Of a DNA stretch of 64,000 bases, positions 11,779 through 21,965 are shown one piece after another (position 1 is the first letter of the stretch; every line of letters begins with the position of its first letter). A model generated the notes under the pieces. That model saw nothing but the letters and a program-made list of their open reading frames with translations. It was not told the DNA's origin and did not search any database. The DNA lies in NCBI GenBank assembly GCA_963840855.1, contig CAWJBB010000085.1:64001-128000 (forward strand), given 5' to 3'. A program made the position numbers and the translations under genes. The DNA comes from an uncultured delta proteobacterium. Its GTDB lineage: Bacteria; Desulfobacterota; Binatia; UBA9968.

Positions 11779-13308
11779 CTATTTGGCCGTAGATTCCACC
11801 GCGTCTGAACTAGCCCGCCTAGAGCGCCAGACACGGGTCACGTTGACTACCGCCGGGTAGACTAGAACGCCGAGTGTTAAAACGAAAAGCGTACCGGCGA
11901 TAGGCCGAGTGAGAAAAATGGACCAACTGCCGTGGGAGATGATCAGCGAGCGCCTAAGCTCGCTCTCCGCCAAGACACCGAGGACCATCCCGAGCACCGT
12001 CGCCGCGGGTGAGAACCCGAAGACCTCCATCGCGTAGCCGATGACGCCGAAGGCCAGCGCAATAAGCGGATTCAGCACGAAGAGATCGCCGGCGTATGTG
12101 CCGATAACAACCAGCGACAGAACTGAGGCGATCAGCACCTGCGGGGCGAGTTTTAGCGCCAAGAGACACAGCCGGAGAAGGACAATGCCTACGGGGATCA
12201 TCAGCAAGTTCACGAGGATAAGCCCGGCAAACAACGTGTAGACGAGGTGGCTGTGCTTCGTGAGCAGGAACGGGCCGGGCACGATGCCGTGCAAGATCAG
12301 CGCGGCGAGCATGATCGCTGCTGAGTTCGACCCAGGGATGCCAAGGGCAAGGGTCGGCACGAGGTCGCCCCCCTGCACTGCGTTGTTGGCCGTCTCCGGG
12401 GCCGCCACGCCTTCCATGGATCCCTTGCCGAAGAGGTCCGGCCGCTTCGACCAACGCCGGGCCTCGTTATAGGCAACGAATGAGGACGCCGTTGCGCCGG
12501 CGCCCGGCATGATCCCCACGATGAGCCCGACGATAGTTCCGACAAATGTGGCCCGCCCGACGGCCTTGAGTTCCGCAAGGGTGGGGAAGTCCGTGGAGGT
12601 CTTCCCCACCATCACTTGAGCCTGGCGGGTCGGGTGGGCGATCTGCGAGAACATTTCGGAGACAGCGAAAAGGCCTACCATCGCTGAGATGATATCGATC
12701 CCGGTCAGGAGCTCCGGTCGCCCAAAAGTAAAGCGCAAGGATCCGGTGAGGGTATCCATCCCTACGGTTGTCAGCAGGAGCCCGAAGAATCCCGAGGCGA
12801 GCCCCTTCAAGAAACTCGGCCCGGAAAGCCCCGCGATGAGGGTGAGTCCAAAGAGCGCCAAGGTAAAAACTTCGGGCGATCCAAAGTGCAGGACGAGTTC
12901 GCCGAGCGGTACAACCAGCGCAATGAGGACGACGATACTGATGAGACCGCCGATGGTGCCGCAGATCAGCGAGACTCCGAGCGCCTTGCCAGCATGGCCT
13001 TGCCGCATAAGCTCGTAGCCGTCGAGCAGCGCGGCCGCGGAGGCGGGCGTACCTGGGATGCGCATCAGGATTGCTGGGATCGAGCCGCCATAGTTCGCCC
13101 CCGCCCACACTCCAGCCAGCATGACAAGCGCGGTGGCGGGGTCCAGCGCAAAGGTGAACGGGAGCGCCAAGGCCATGGCAACCGCGCCGCTGATGCCAGG
13201 GATGGCGCCACCGATGATTCCCCAGGCCACGCCTCCGATCATGATGAGAATCCCTGTCCCCTGGACGGCCGCTACGAAGCCGGCTGAAAGATTCTCGAGG
13301 AAATTCAT
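11779..13308 (-). CDS. tctA: Tripartite tricarboxylate transporter large permease
   Basis: GAIPGISG, YGGSIPAIL..IPGTP, GVAAPETANNA, PTLALGIPG. Confidence 0.93.
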   Translation of the reverse strand: MNFLENLSAGFVAAVQGTGILIMIGGVAWGIIGGAIPGISGAVAMALALPFTFALDPATALVMLAGVWAGANYGGSIPAILMRIPGTPASAAALLDGYELMRQGHAGKALGVSLICGTIGGLISIVVLIALVVPLGELVLHFGSPEVFTLALFGLTLIAGLSGPSFLKGLASGFFGLLLTTVGMDTLTGSLRFTFGRPELLTGIDIISAMVGLFAVSEMFSQIAHPTRQAQVMVGKTSTDFPTLAELKAVGRATFVGTIVGLIVGIMPGAGATASSFVAYNEARRWSKRPDLFGKGSMEGVAAPETANNAVQGGDLVPTLALGIPGSNSAAIMLAALILHGIVPGPFLLTKHSHLVYTLFAGLILVNLLMIPVGIVLLRLCLLALKLAPQVLIASVLSLVVIGTYAGDLFVLNPLIALAFGVIGYAMEVFGFSPAATVLGMVLGVLAESELRRSLIISHGSWSIFLTRPIAGTLFVLTLGVLVYPAVVNVTRVWRSRRASSDAVESTAK

Positions 13309-13310
13309 AA

Positions 13311-13835
13311 TCAGAGAAGACCCTCGATGACACCGCCCGGCACCGGGATCCGTAGCCCAAAGCGGAAGGTCAAATAAAGGACAATCGTGATCACCACGGG
13401 AGCAACGATCAGAGTGCGCCACGTCGCACCGCCGTGGATGAGTAGAATCGCCACGACGTATAGGGGCGTAGTAATAAGGTATCCGACAGGTTCAAAGGCC
13501 GCGACGTAGATAGCCGTCGCCCCCACAGCCCCCAGCAGACGTATAGGTGAGAACGGTCCCCTCTCAACCTCCTCGGCCCCTTCGGCGCCGGAGAGGAGGC
13601 CTGCCTTCTCGGGCTGCCAACGGAAGATAGCTCCAACGCCAAGCAGTAGACCACAGAAGGCAATTCCCACCCCGAGGGCACGCGGGAAGACGCGGGGACC
13701 TAACGGATCGGTGTAAACGCCCGGCTCGATCTTCCCGCCGAGAGCGATGACAACAGCGCCGAAGACGGCGAGAAAAACCGCAATAGCAATCTCACGCCGG
13801 GAAATATTTTTTTGCGAGTGCGCCGTCTCTGCCAC
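13311..13835 (-). CDS. tctB: Tripartite tricarboxylate transporter small permease
   Basis: About four transmembrane helices, LGPRVFP, directly upstream of tctA. Confidence 0.85.
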   Translation of the reverse strand: MAETAHSQKNISRREIAIAVFLAVFGAVVIALGGKIEPGVYTDPLGPRVFPRALGVGIAFCGLLLGVGAIFRWQPEKAGLLSGAEGAEEVERGPFSPIRLLGAVGATAIYVAAFEPVGYLITTPLYVVAILLIHGGATWRTLIVAPVVITIVLYLTFRFGLRIPVPGGVIEGLL

Positions 13836-14071
13836 GTTGTGCGCCCGATTGTCGGTCCTTGACCTGACCGCTAAAAGAAAGAATTCGCGGAAACAGCGCC
13901 GGATTTTAGTCAGGGTTCCGGTGACGTGTCAAGGCAATGTCATGATCCACGACTGACGCCGGAAATCTCGTGATCAATCGAGTCCATCGTGGCGATCGCC
14001 GGAGGTCTTTGCTATTTCCTCGGACTTTATTGTAAAGAAATTTTGACTTTCTTATCGTTTTCAATACGCCT

Positions 14072-15235
14072 ATGAAGGAAAAATCAGAGGTTTGTTCGAC
14101 TAAAAAACGAGTGTTCCTAGTCGGTGTGAGTATCATCTTATTCCTCCTCTTCGTTGCGAGCGGAGTCGCGCGAGCCGCAGAGTCGAAACCAGGCTGGCAA
14201 GTTGAATGGGATAAAACGCTGAAGGCGGCTGAGGCGGAGGGTGAGGTCACGGTTTACGTCGTTGATTACCCCAGGTTCACAGTCAGTCAATTTCACAAAG
14301 CTTATCCCAGGATCAAGCTCAACCTGGTAGACGGTCCCAGCGGCCCAGCGCTGTCATCTCGACTTATGGCCGAGCGGAGAGCGGGAAAATATCAAGCCGA
14401 TCTATACGTTGGCGGACAAGGGACGCATGTTTCAGTTTTATATCCCGCCAAGGCTCTGGCTCCCATGCTGCCCGCTTTCATCCTGCCGGAGGTGAAAGAC
14501 GAATCAAAATGGTTCAAGGGGAAGCATCGTTTTGTCGACCCTGAAACTCGTCACTCTTTTGTCTTTCAGGGACATCGGGGCCTTTACATCTCCTACAACA
14601 CACAGCAAGTGAGGGCAGACGAAATCAAGTCATGGTGGGATCTGCTAAACCCGAAATGGAAGGGAAAAATCATCGGCTACGACCCGTCAATTGCCGGGGT
14701 AGCCCGCAATGTTCTGTGGTACCTTTATATGAACAAGTTTCTGGGTCCGGAATTCATGAGCAAACTGTATGGTGAAATGCAATTAACCTTGAGTCGAGAC
14801 CATCGCCAGTTGGTGGATTGGCTGGCCGCGGGGAAGGCGGCCCTCTGCGTTCCCTGCGACGATGCGGAATTGGGCGGCGCCAAAGAGCAGCGGCTTCCCG
14901 TCGAGTCCATTACCTATTCTCTGAAAGAGGGCGACTATATCGCTGCTGGACAAGGAGTGATCAGCTTGATCGCGCCCGCGCCTCATCCGCATGCGGCGCA
15001 GATCTTTCTCAACTGGTTCCTTTCAAGGGAAGGACAGACCTTGTACCAGGAGTATTCCGTCAAATCCGGCCAGCGCAACGCGAACTCTCGCCGCACGGAT
15101 ATCCCCAAAGACGTCATTGCACCTGAATACCGCTTGAAAGACGACTCGGTTTTCTGGGAAAACGGGCCCACCGTAGATCAGGAAACCGCTGAAGCCACCA
15201 AGACGCTCAAAGCAATTCTCGCAAGGAGACCGTAG
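14072..15235 (+). CDS. ABC transporter substrate-binding protein (iron-type)
   Basis: Signal peptide, AAEAEGEV, SWWDLLNPKWKGK, APHPHAAQIFLNW. Confidence 0.85.
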   Translation: MKEKSEVCSTKKRVFLVGVSIILFLLFVASGVARAAESKPGWQVEWDKTLKAAEAEGEVTVYVVDYPRFTVSQFHKAYPRIKLNLVDGPSGPALSSRLMAERRAGKYQADLYVGGQGTHVSVLYPAKALAPMLPAFILPEVKDESKWFKGKHRFVDPETRHSFVFQGHRGLYISYNTQQVRADEIKSWWDLLNPKWKGKIIGYDPSIAGVARNVLWYLYMNKFLGPEFMSKLYGEMQLTLSRDHRQLVDWLAAGKAALCVPCDDAELGGAKEQRLPVESITYSLKEGDYIAAGQGVISLIAPAPHPHAAQIFLNWFLSREGQTLYQEYSVKSGQRNANSRRTDIPKDVIAPEYRLKDDSVFWENGPTVDQETAEATKTLKAILARRP

Positions 15236-15248
15236 AAGGAAACAAATC

Positions 15249-16502
15249 ATGCTCTCAAGAGAAGAAAACGAGCTTTTGACCCGCGTAGGTCCCGACAGCC
15301 CAATGGGCGGTCTGATCAGGCGGTATTGGATTCCCGCCCTGTTGTCAGAGGAAATTCCCAATCCCGATTGTCCTCCCGTGCGGGTGCGACTCCTCGGCGA
15401 GGACCTCGTCGCTTTTCGCGACACTCAGGGAAGGATCGGCCTTTTGGACGAGCACTGTTCTCATAGGGGAACTTCGCTGTTTTACGGCCGTAACGAAGAG
15501 TGCGGTCTGCGCTGCATCTATCATGGCTGGAAGTACGACGTCGAAGGCAACGTGCTTGACACACCGGCGGAACCTTCCGGTAGCCAGTTAAAAAACAAGG
15601 TCCGTCATATTGCTTATCCCTGCGTCGAAGCGGGCGGAGTGGTCTTCACCTACATGGGAGCGCCGGACGAAGTCCCGGTCTTCCCAACCTACGCCTGGCT
15701 TGGCGTGCCGCAGAAGCAAATTTACATAGCGAAGAGTCTTTTGGAGTGTAACTATCTTCAAGGATTGGACGGCGACTGCGATTCCGCCCATTTGAATTTC
15801 CTCCATAAAATGTTCAAGCCGGACGCGCGCCGGGAATTCCTGAGACACGAAGATCAGTCCCCGGCTTTTGAAATCGACGAGATGGACTTCGGCTTCAGGG
15901 TCGCCGCTATCAGGAAGATCGGATCCGACAAGAGTTATGTGCGGATCTCACAATTTGTCATGCCGTTTATCGGCTGCGTTCCGGTGGGCCGCGAGGTCGA
16001 CGGAAAACTCGATGGCTTTAAAGCCGTCTACCAGGTTCCTGCCGACGACAATAACACCTGGAGGTACGATTTCTTTTTTAAATGGTCGAACCCGATGACC
16101 AAGGAGGATTCATCGAAGCGAGATTTCGTCGGCCCCGATTACCGGAAGCTGCGCAACATCCGCAACAACTATCTCCAGGACAGGCAGGTTCAGAAGACGG
16201 TCAATTTCACCGGGATAGAAGAATTTTTGAACCAGGACGCATGTGCAACGGAGAGTATGGGACCCATCGTCGACAGAACCAAAGAGCATCTTGGAGTGAG
16301 CGATTCGTACGTCATTCAAGTTCGAAGATTTTTGCTCAAAGCACTTAGGGATTTGCAAGCGGGTAAACCGCCTCCGGGTCTCGTCTACGACTCGGCACAA
16401 GCCGACTTTTCTCGTATCCGATGTGACGTTGCTTATTTGCCTGCCCACGTCTCTTGGCGCACGCTATTCGAAGAAAGAAGCGATCAAAGCGAAAAGGCCT
16501 GA
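15249..16502 (+). CDS. Rieske non-heme iron oxygenase (phthalate 4,5-dioxygenase-like)
   Basis: Rieske motif CSHRG...CIYHGW; DSAHLNFLH iron-binding motif. Confidence 0.9.
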   Translation: MLSREENELLTRVGPDSPMGGLIRRYWIPALLSEEIPNPDCPPVRVRLLGEDLVAFRDTQGRIGLLDEHCSHRGTSLFYGRNEECGLRCIYHGWKYDVEGNVLDTPAEPSGSQLKNKVRHIAYPCVEAGGVVFTYMGAPDEVPVFPTYAWLGVPQKQIYIAKSLLECNYLQGLDGDCDSAHLNFLHKMFKPDARREFLRHEDQSPAFEIDEMDFGFRVAAIRKIGSDKSYVRISQFVMPFIGCVPVGREVDGKLDGFKAVYQVPADDNNTWRYDFFFKWSNPMTKEDSSKRDFVGPDYRKLRNIRNNYLQDRQVQKTVNFTGIEEFLNQDACATESMGPIVDRTKEHLGVSDSYVIQVRRFLLKALRDLQAGKPPPGLVYDSAQADFSRIRCDVAYLPAHVSWRTLFEERSDQSEKA

Positions 16503-16556
16503 GAGTTCAAGCCGTTCAATAGGACCGCTATCGGCGCACCCGATTTTGAGCCGTCA

Positions 16557-16700
16557 TTTATTCTCCTTCGCCGAATACCTCGCAGCTTGCTGCGAGGATG
16601 AAGGCGAGGAGAACCCTCCGTAGCCTTGGCGAAGGAGGGTGGAAGGGCTTCGGAGAATTTCGCAAAGCACCTCGGAGCTTTGCTCCGAGGAGCTTCATTT
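16557..16700 (-). mobile_element. About 140-bp non-autonomous palindromic element (IS200/IS605-like MITE), copy 1
   Basis: Near reverse complement of 57685-57825; hairpins cctcgcagcttgctgcgagg and cctcggagctttgctccgagg. Confidence 0.75.
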
Positions 16701-17288
16701 ATAGCCCTCGACGATCAGCTGCCGCCGAAAGCAATTGATGACGTGATCGTTGACCATTCCCGTGGCTTGCATGTGCGCATAACAAATCGTCGAGCCGACA
16801 AATTTGAAACCCCGCTCTTTCAAATCTTTGCTCATGAGGTCGGACTCCTTGCTGGTCGAGCGATAGTCCTTCAAGGTTCGAAATTTATTTACAATCGGTT
16901 TTCCGCCGACAAAGCGCCAGATGTAGGCATCGAAGCTGCCGAACTCGTTTTTGATAGTCAAAAACTTTTTCGCATTGTTAACCGTCGCCAGAATCTTTTG
17001 CTCGTTACGGATGATTCCCGCGTTGCCGAGCAATAGACCGACCTGGCGCTTTCCGAATCGCGCTACCTTCTCAACGTCGAAATTGGCAAACGCCTCCCGG
17101 TAGGCGTCGCGCTTGCGCAACACGGTGTACCAGCTAAGCCCGGCTTGTGCCGCTTCTAAGGTTAGGAATTCAAAAATCGTGCGGTCGTCGTGCACCGGCA
17201 CGCCCCACTCTTCGTCATGGTACTGGACGTAATCCGGCTTGGTCATATCGACCCAGGGGCAACGACTGTTCTTGTTGGGGCTTTTCAT
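16695..17288 (-). CDS. tag: DNA-3-methyladenine glycosylase I
   Basis: RCPW, YHDEEWG, LEAAQAGLSW, GFKFVG, GMVNDH. Confidence 0.95.
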   Translation of the reverse strand: MKSPNKNSRCPWVDMTKPDYVQYHDEEWGVPVHDDRTIFEFLTLEAAQAGLSWYTVLRKRDAYREAFANFDVEKVARFGKRQVGLLLGNAGIIRNEQKILATVNNAKKFLTIKNEFGSFDAYIWRFVGGKPIVNKFRTLKDYRSTSKESDLMSKDLKERGFKFVGSTICYAHMQATGMVNDHVINCFRRQLIVEGYK

Positions 17289-17342
17289 GGCGAGGGGAGG
17301 TAAACGATTCAAAGTTCAAGGTTCAATCGCAATGTGGTACAA

Positions 17343-17819
17343 TCAACTTTTTGACGCTGGATGCGCAAGGTCAACCCAAAGAACTTCCTCTGGCGTCTCC
17401 ACTGTAGGGATAGCCAAATTTACCACGATGGGTTCTTGATCGCTGCGCACGACCACGCACGTCAGCGGCTCGCTGGGACTGGCGTTGATTTCCTGATGCG
17501 GGACGAACGGCGGCACGAAGATAAAATCCCCCGGACCAGCTTCCGCGAAAAACTCGAGTCGCTCACCCCAGCGCATCCGGGCTCTGCCGCTGACGATATA
17601 GATGATGCTTTCCAATTCGCCGTGATGGTGCGGCGCGGTCTTGGCGTTGGGATGCACGCTGACCGTGCCGGCCCATAGCCGGTTGGCCCCCGCCATCGCC
17701 CGATTGATGGCCGCCGCCCGCGTCATGCCGGGGGTCTGCGGGGTATTCGAATCAAGCTGGTCGCCGTGGACGATTCGCACGCCGCCATCCCGCCATTGGC
17801 TCTCGGATGCTCCAGACAT
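17343..17819 (-). CDS. Cupin domain protein
   Basis: HHHGELE and GDFIFVPPFVPHQE. Confidence 0.85.
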   Translation of the reverse strand: MSGASESQWRDGGVRIVHGDQLDSNTPQTPGMTRAAAINRAMAGANRLWAGTVSVHPNAKTAPHHHGELESIIYIVSGRARMRWGERLEFFAEAGPGDFIFVPPFVPHQEINASPSEPLTCVVVRSDQEPIVVNLAIPTVETPEEVLWVDLAHPASKS

Positions 17820-17857
17820 GTTCGACCTCCAGTATCTTAATAGAATTCTTCCTACTC

Positions 17858-18949
17858 TTACCCCACGACATAGCGGCTGATCTCGCGGTTAAACTCCAAC
17901 CCGAGCCCGGGTTTCTTCGGTACCGAAAGCTCACCATTCACCGGAACCGGCACTTCTTCGAAAAGCCTGAATGACCAGGGCATATATTCGACCGTGAGGC
18001 CATTAGGCGCGGACGACACCAGATGCACATGGATTTCCGGCAACAGATGACTCACCACGGGAACGTTGAAAGCCCCGGCCATCGCCGCAACCTTCATCCA
18101 ATTGCCGATGCCGCCGACGCGCAGCAGATCGATCATCACGATGTCCACGGAGCGGGCCTCCAGCATATGGCGAAACGGCGTGAGACCGTAGAGATACTCG
18201 CCGCCGGCGAGGGGCGTGGCCAAAGCATCGGCCACCCGGGCAAGACCGGCATAATCATCGGGTGTCGTAACATCCTCGAGCCAAAAGAAATGAACGTCCT
18301 CCACCCGCTTGCCGATCTCGATGGCTTGGTTGACGGTCCAGCGCTGGTTGATGTCGCACATGAGGTCGGTATCCGGCCCCACCGCCTCGCGGATCAAACG
18401 CGCCCGCTCCACTTCCTTGCGCGGCGTCGTGTCGCCGGGCAAGGCGAGCTGGGTTTTCATTTGCCTGTAGCCTTTTTCGCGCAGCACCCGCGCGGATTTC
18501 AGCACTTCGTCTAAAGGCGATGTGCGCGCCAGCGCGCCGCTGGCATAGGTCGGTACTCGGTCGCGCAACCCGCCCAACAGCTGAGCGACGGACTGCCCCA
18601 ACACCTTCCCTTTGATATCCCAGAGCGCTATGTCGAACGCGGAGATGGCAAGCGTCGATATGCCGCCCGGTCCGGCGCTGCCGGCGGCATCACGTAGTTT
18701 GCGGAGGACAAGCTCGGTGGGCAGCGGGTCCTCGCCGATGATCAATTCACCGAGCAACTCCACCGCCCGCTTTAACGCCGGCGTAAGAGTCCCGCCAAAA
18801 AAGGTGACGCCTATGCCCTCGACGCCGTCATCGGTCTCCAGGCGCAAGGTGACGAAATCGAGGTGCGAACGATGAAAGCCGGAACCGCCGGCCAGCGGTT
18901 CCTCGACAGGCAGTCTGGCGATTTGCGATTTAACCGTGGTGATCTTCAT
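17858..18949 (-). CDS. Mandelate racemase/muconate lactonizing enzyme family protein
   Basis: DIALWDIKGK, DINQ, WLED, GGE, SH enolase-superfamily motifs. Confidence 0.9.
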   Translation of the reverse strand: MKITTVKSQIARLPVEEPLAGGSGFHRSHLDFVTLRLETDDGVEGIGVTFFGGTLTPALKRAVELLGELIIGEDPLPTELVLRKLRDAAGSAGPGGISTLAISAFDIALWDIKGKVLGQSVAQLLGGLRDRVPTYASGALARTSPLDEVLKSARVLREKGYRQMKTQLALPGDTTPRKEVERARLIREAVGPDTDLMCDINQRWTVNQAIEIGKRVEDVHFFWLEDVTTPDDYAGLARVADALATPLAGGEYLYGLTPFRHMLEARSVDIVMIDLLRVGGIGNWMKVAAMAGAFNVPVVSHLLPEIHVHLVSSAPNGLTVEYMPWSFRLFEEVPVPVNGELSVPKKPGLGLEFNREISRYVVG

Positions 18950-19101
18950 GGCCGATTTTTAGTCCTCCGATGGCCGGGAATCAAGCCGATTCTTGAACAT
19001 CGCCGCCGCTCGCAGCGTTATGCCGCGCCGACGAGGGATGGCGCTGACTACTTTCGCCTTGCGCTCTCTGCTAGACTGGCGCGCAACAGAAGCGGATCTC
19101 A

Positions 19102-19695
19102 ATGTTCAACCCTGGAAATTATCTAGCGCGCTTCGATCTCGCGCGGCTTCGCCCCTACGGCATGGCGAGCATTATTTTATTCGCACTTGGCGCGCTCGGC
19201 GGCGGGTTGGCGATTATTCTTTACCCGGAGGCGGCATCGCAGCTCCAGGATCTATTGAAACAGTTTGCCAAGATGTTTCAAGGCATGCCCAAGTTGAAAC
19301 TTGCTGCCGCGATCTTTCTCAACAACAGCCTCAAGACGCTGCTGGCCATATTACTGGGTCCCTTGCTTGGTTTGGCGCCGGTCGTTTTTCTCATCGTTAA
19401 CGGCGCGATTCTGGGCGCCGTGATTCCGGTCGCTATCGAATCCAAAGGGCTGTGGCATTCGATCATGACCATCGTCCCCCATGGTATCCTTGAATTGCCG
19501 GCGATCTTTCTAGGGACAAGCATAGGAATCAAACTGGGATTGCATCCCTTCCGGCACCTGGTGGGTAAGGCAGACACCACCTTCCTCTCCGAACTTGGCC
19601 ATGGCTTGCGGCTATTTTTCGGCGTCATTCTCCCGTTGTTGCTTGTCGCAGCGGCGATCGAAGTGTTCGTCACACCGCTTATAGCGGGCCTGTAG
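19102..19695 (+). CDS. SpoIIM/DUF95 family membrane protein
   Basis: IFLNN, PHGILELPA, LLLVAAAIEVFVT. Confidence 0.85.
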   Translation: MFNPGNYLARFDLARLRPYGMASIILFALGALGGGLAIILYPEAASQLQDLLKQFAKMFQGMPKLKLAAAIFLNNSLKTLLAILLGPLLGLAPVVFLIVNGAILGAVIPVAIESKGLWHSIMTIVPHGILELPAIFLGTSIGIKLGLHPFRHLVGKADTTFLSELGHGLRLFFGVILPLLLVAAAIEVFVTPLIAGL

Positions 19696-19955
19696 TGGGC
19701 AAAATATCGAGGATAAGGGAATATGGAGCAACAGGAGGCTTCCGCGTATTTCCGTTCATTGCCGTTTTCTAATTGCCACCAATCGTAAATTCCCGAAGGC
19801 CTGTTTCGCGCGCCGATTAAATGCGTTAGACCTGCTGCGCGATATTCAATAGTGTGTGCATAGATTTCCGGGCGAGTGCCTCCTTGATGGATAGTTACAT
19901 TAGAATTACAAGTCGGTCCCGGTTTCTGGCTCCGGGAATTGACTAGAAAGATGCC

Positions 19956-20465
19956 GTGATGACTTCCCTTAAAAATCAAACCGTCTGGCAACGATGGCTC
20001 AACCAATCTCTACGAGAAGCCGGATGGGCGCCCTTTCTGGTTTTCGCCGTTCACGCCATCGCGCTGGGGGCCTTTGATGCTTACAGCCGCTTTGCTCGTT
20101 TAGACCTCCTCATGCACTTTATCGGCGGTGCGGTTATGGCATTCTTCCTTCATCGGACCTCGATCAACGCGTCGCTAATCGGCCTCTTCGGACCACACCA
20201 TCCGATCACGCACCGGCTATTAGTGTTCACGGCGACATGCGCCGTTGCCCTATTTTGGGAGTTTGCTGAATTTATTGCAGATCAAACCCTGGGAACCCAT
20301 TCACAAGCCGGTTTAGCGGATACTCTCGGTGACCTGCTATTCGGTGTTATTGGCGCCGGCGTTTTCATATTATCTAGCTTCGTCTTGGTACGTTATCCCC
20401 ACCTGTCGCTGGCTAGAATCATTCAAAGATTGCAAAGCACCAAAGCTGTTGTACCCGGTGATTGA
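19956..20465 (+). CDS. Integral membrane protein
   Basis: DLLMHFIGG, WEFAEF, DTLGDL; hydrophobic. Confidence 0.65.
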   Translation: MMTSLKNQTVWQRWLNQSLREAGWAPFLVFAVHAIALGAFDAYSRFARLDLLMHFIGGAVMAFFLHRTSINASLIGLFGPHHPITHRLLVFTATCAVALFWEFAEFIADQTLGTHSQAGLADTLGDLLFGVIGAGVFILSSFVLVRYPHLSLARIIQRLQSTKAVVPGD

Positions 20466-20503
20466 CCCACCGATCGTGACATTTGTCGTCACACCTTAGT
20501 CTA

Positions 20504-20632
20504 GCCGGCTGCTGAAGAAATCCCACGGACGATCGTGCTCGTGATATGAACGTGCTCGTCTTACGAACACGAGACACTAACACGAATGACGAAAAATGGG
20601 CGCCTCGCCTGTGAAATTTTTTTGAGCAGCTT
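20504..20632. repeat. Intergenic MITE/REP-like element
   Basis: Imperfect terminal inverted repeats gctgctgaagaaat / attttttgagcagc enclosing cgtgctcgt and acgaacacg repeats. Confidence 0.45.
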
Positions 20633-20808
20633 CAGGTCACGTAATCCGGGCGGGTCGCGCTCTCCGCTTGAATCACCGGACTTAAGTTTAGCTATAAGAA
20701 GACAGTGGGCTGCAAACGAGTTTGATCGCGTCTAGAATTTCGAGTCCACCCGAGACCCGGACCTCGAAACCGCGAACGGCGCAAGGACATATTGGAAGGA
20801 AAATAAAT

Positions 20809-21894
20809 ATGGCAGCTAATCTCGGCACCAGAATCATCGACGGCGACGGCCATATTATGGAAGACAATGCGGCAATCATCGCCCACATGGAGGGCTCGTA
20901 TCGCGAGATCGCGGCGCGCAAAGGAATTTGTTTCCCGCCGCTGGATCACCTCCACGCCGGCCGGGCGGTGGAAACCCCGCCACAGCGAGACCAGCGTCCG
21001 GCGGTGGGACCCCAAGGTTGGATCGATTTCCTCGACGATGTCGGAATCGAGTGGTCCGTGCTTTACCCCACCGTCGCCCTCTCGTATGGTAAGATCGTCA
21101 GTCGCGACTATGCCGTCGCGGTCTGCAAGGCTTACAACGACTGGCTTGCCGACACTTATGTGAAATTCAACCCGCGCTTTAAAGGTATGGCGATCATCCC
21201 CATGCAGGACCCGGAGGAAGCGGCGCAGGAGTTGCGGCGTTCGGTGACGGAACTCGGCATGCTTGGCGCGATGATGCCGTCCAACGGACTCGCGCAGCCG
21301 TTGGGCGCCAAACAATTCTGGCCGATCTATGAGGAAGCCAACCGGCTTGGCTGCTGTCTCGCCGTGCACGGCGGGGCCCATGACCGTTTCGGGATGGATC
21401 ATATGAACATGTATGTCCCCGTCCACGCCCTCGGCCACCCGTGGGGACTGACCATCAACTGCGCGGACATCCTTTACAATGGCATCTACGACCGCTTCCC
21501 GCGGGTGCGCATTGCGTTCTTGGAAGGCGGCATCGCATGGCTGTTGCTCTTGCTCGAGCGGCTGCACGCTTCCCACGAGACCCACTTCCAATACATTCCA
21601 GCTAAAGAATTCGGTGTGCGCGAAGGCGAAGATCCCGCCAAATACGTCAAGAAACTGATTAAGGACGGCCGCTTGTATCTCGGCGTCGAAACCGAAGAAC
21701 TGACGATGCCGTTTGCGATTAAAACCGTCGGCAACTCGCCTTTCTTGTATTCGTCCGACTTTCCCCATGAAGTCACCAACGAGAGCTGCAAACATGACCT
21801 CGGCGAGCTAATGGAAAGCGACGAGATCACCGACGATGATAAGGCAGCGATGCTCTGGCGCAACGCCGAGACGTTTTACAAATTGCCGCTCTGA
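20809..21894 (+). CDS. Amidohydrolase_2 family protein
   Basis: IDGDGH, YNDWLA, AVHGG, FLEGG, SSDFPH. Confidence 0.9.
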   Translation: MAANLGTRIIDGDGHIMEDNAAIIAHMEGSYREIAARKGICFPPLDHLHAGRAVETPPQRDQRPAVGPQGWIDFLDDVGIEWSVLYPTVALSYGKIVSRDYAVAVCKAYNDWLADTYVKFNPRFKGMAIIPMQDPEEAAQELRRSVTELGMLGAMMPSNGLAQPLGAKQFWPIYEEANRLGCCLAVHGGAHDRFGMDHMNMYVPVHALGHPWGLTINCADILYNGIYDRFPRVRIAFLEGGIAWLLLLLERLHASHETHFQYIPAKEFGVREGEDPAKYVKKLIKDGRLYLGVETEELTMPFAIKTVGNSPFLYSSDFPHEVTNESCKHDLGELMESDEITDDDKAAMLWRNAETFYKLPL

Positions 21895-21965
21895 TCGGCA
21901 GTCATGAAGCGCGAAGCAAGAGGCACGAGGAGGATTCGGTTCCCGGCCGCTAGAAAGGATAGATC

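Noticed and set aside
16505-17330. Short GTTCAA clusters (16505, about 17306) as copies of the 66-bp element
   Set aside because: They lack TTCTCC/GCGTCG spacers and the 12-6 register; they match the short-period repeat at 1704-1885.
20692-21795. Long antisense or alternate-frame ORFs such as 20692..21795 and 12467..13360
   Set aside because: They shadow well-supported genes in GC-rich DNA and show no recognisable motifs.
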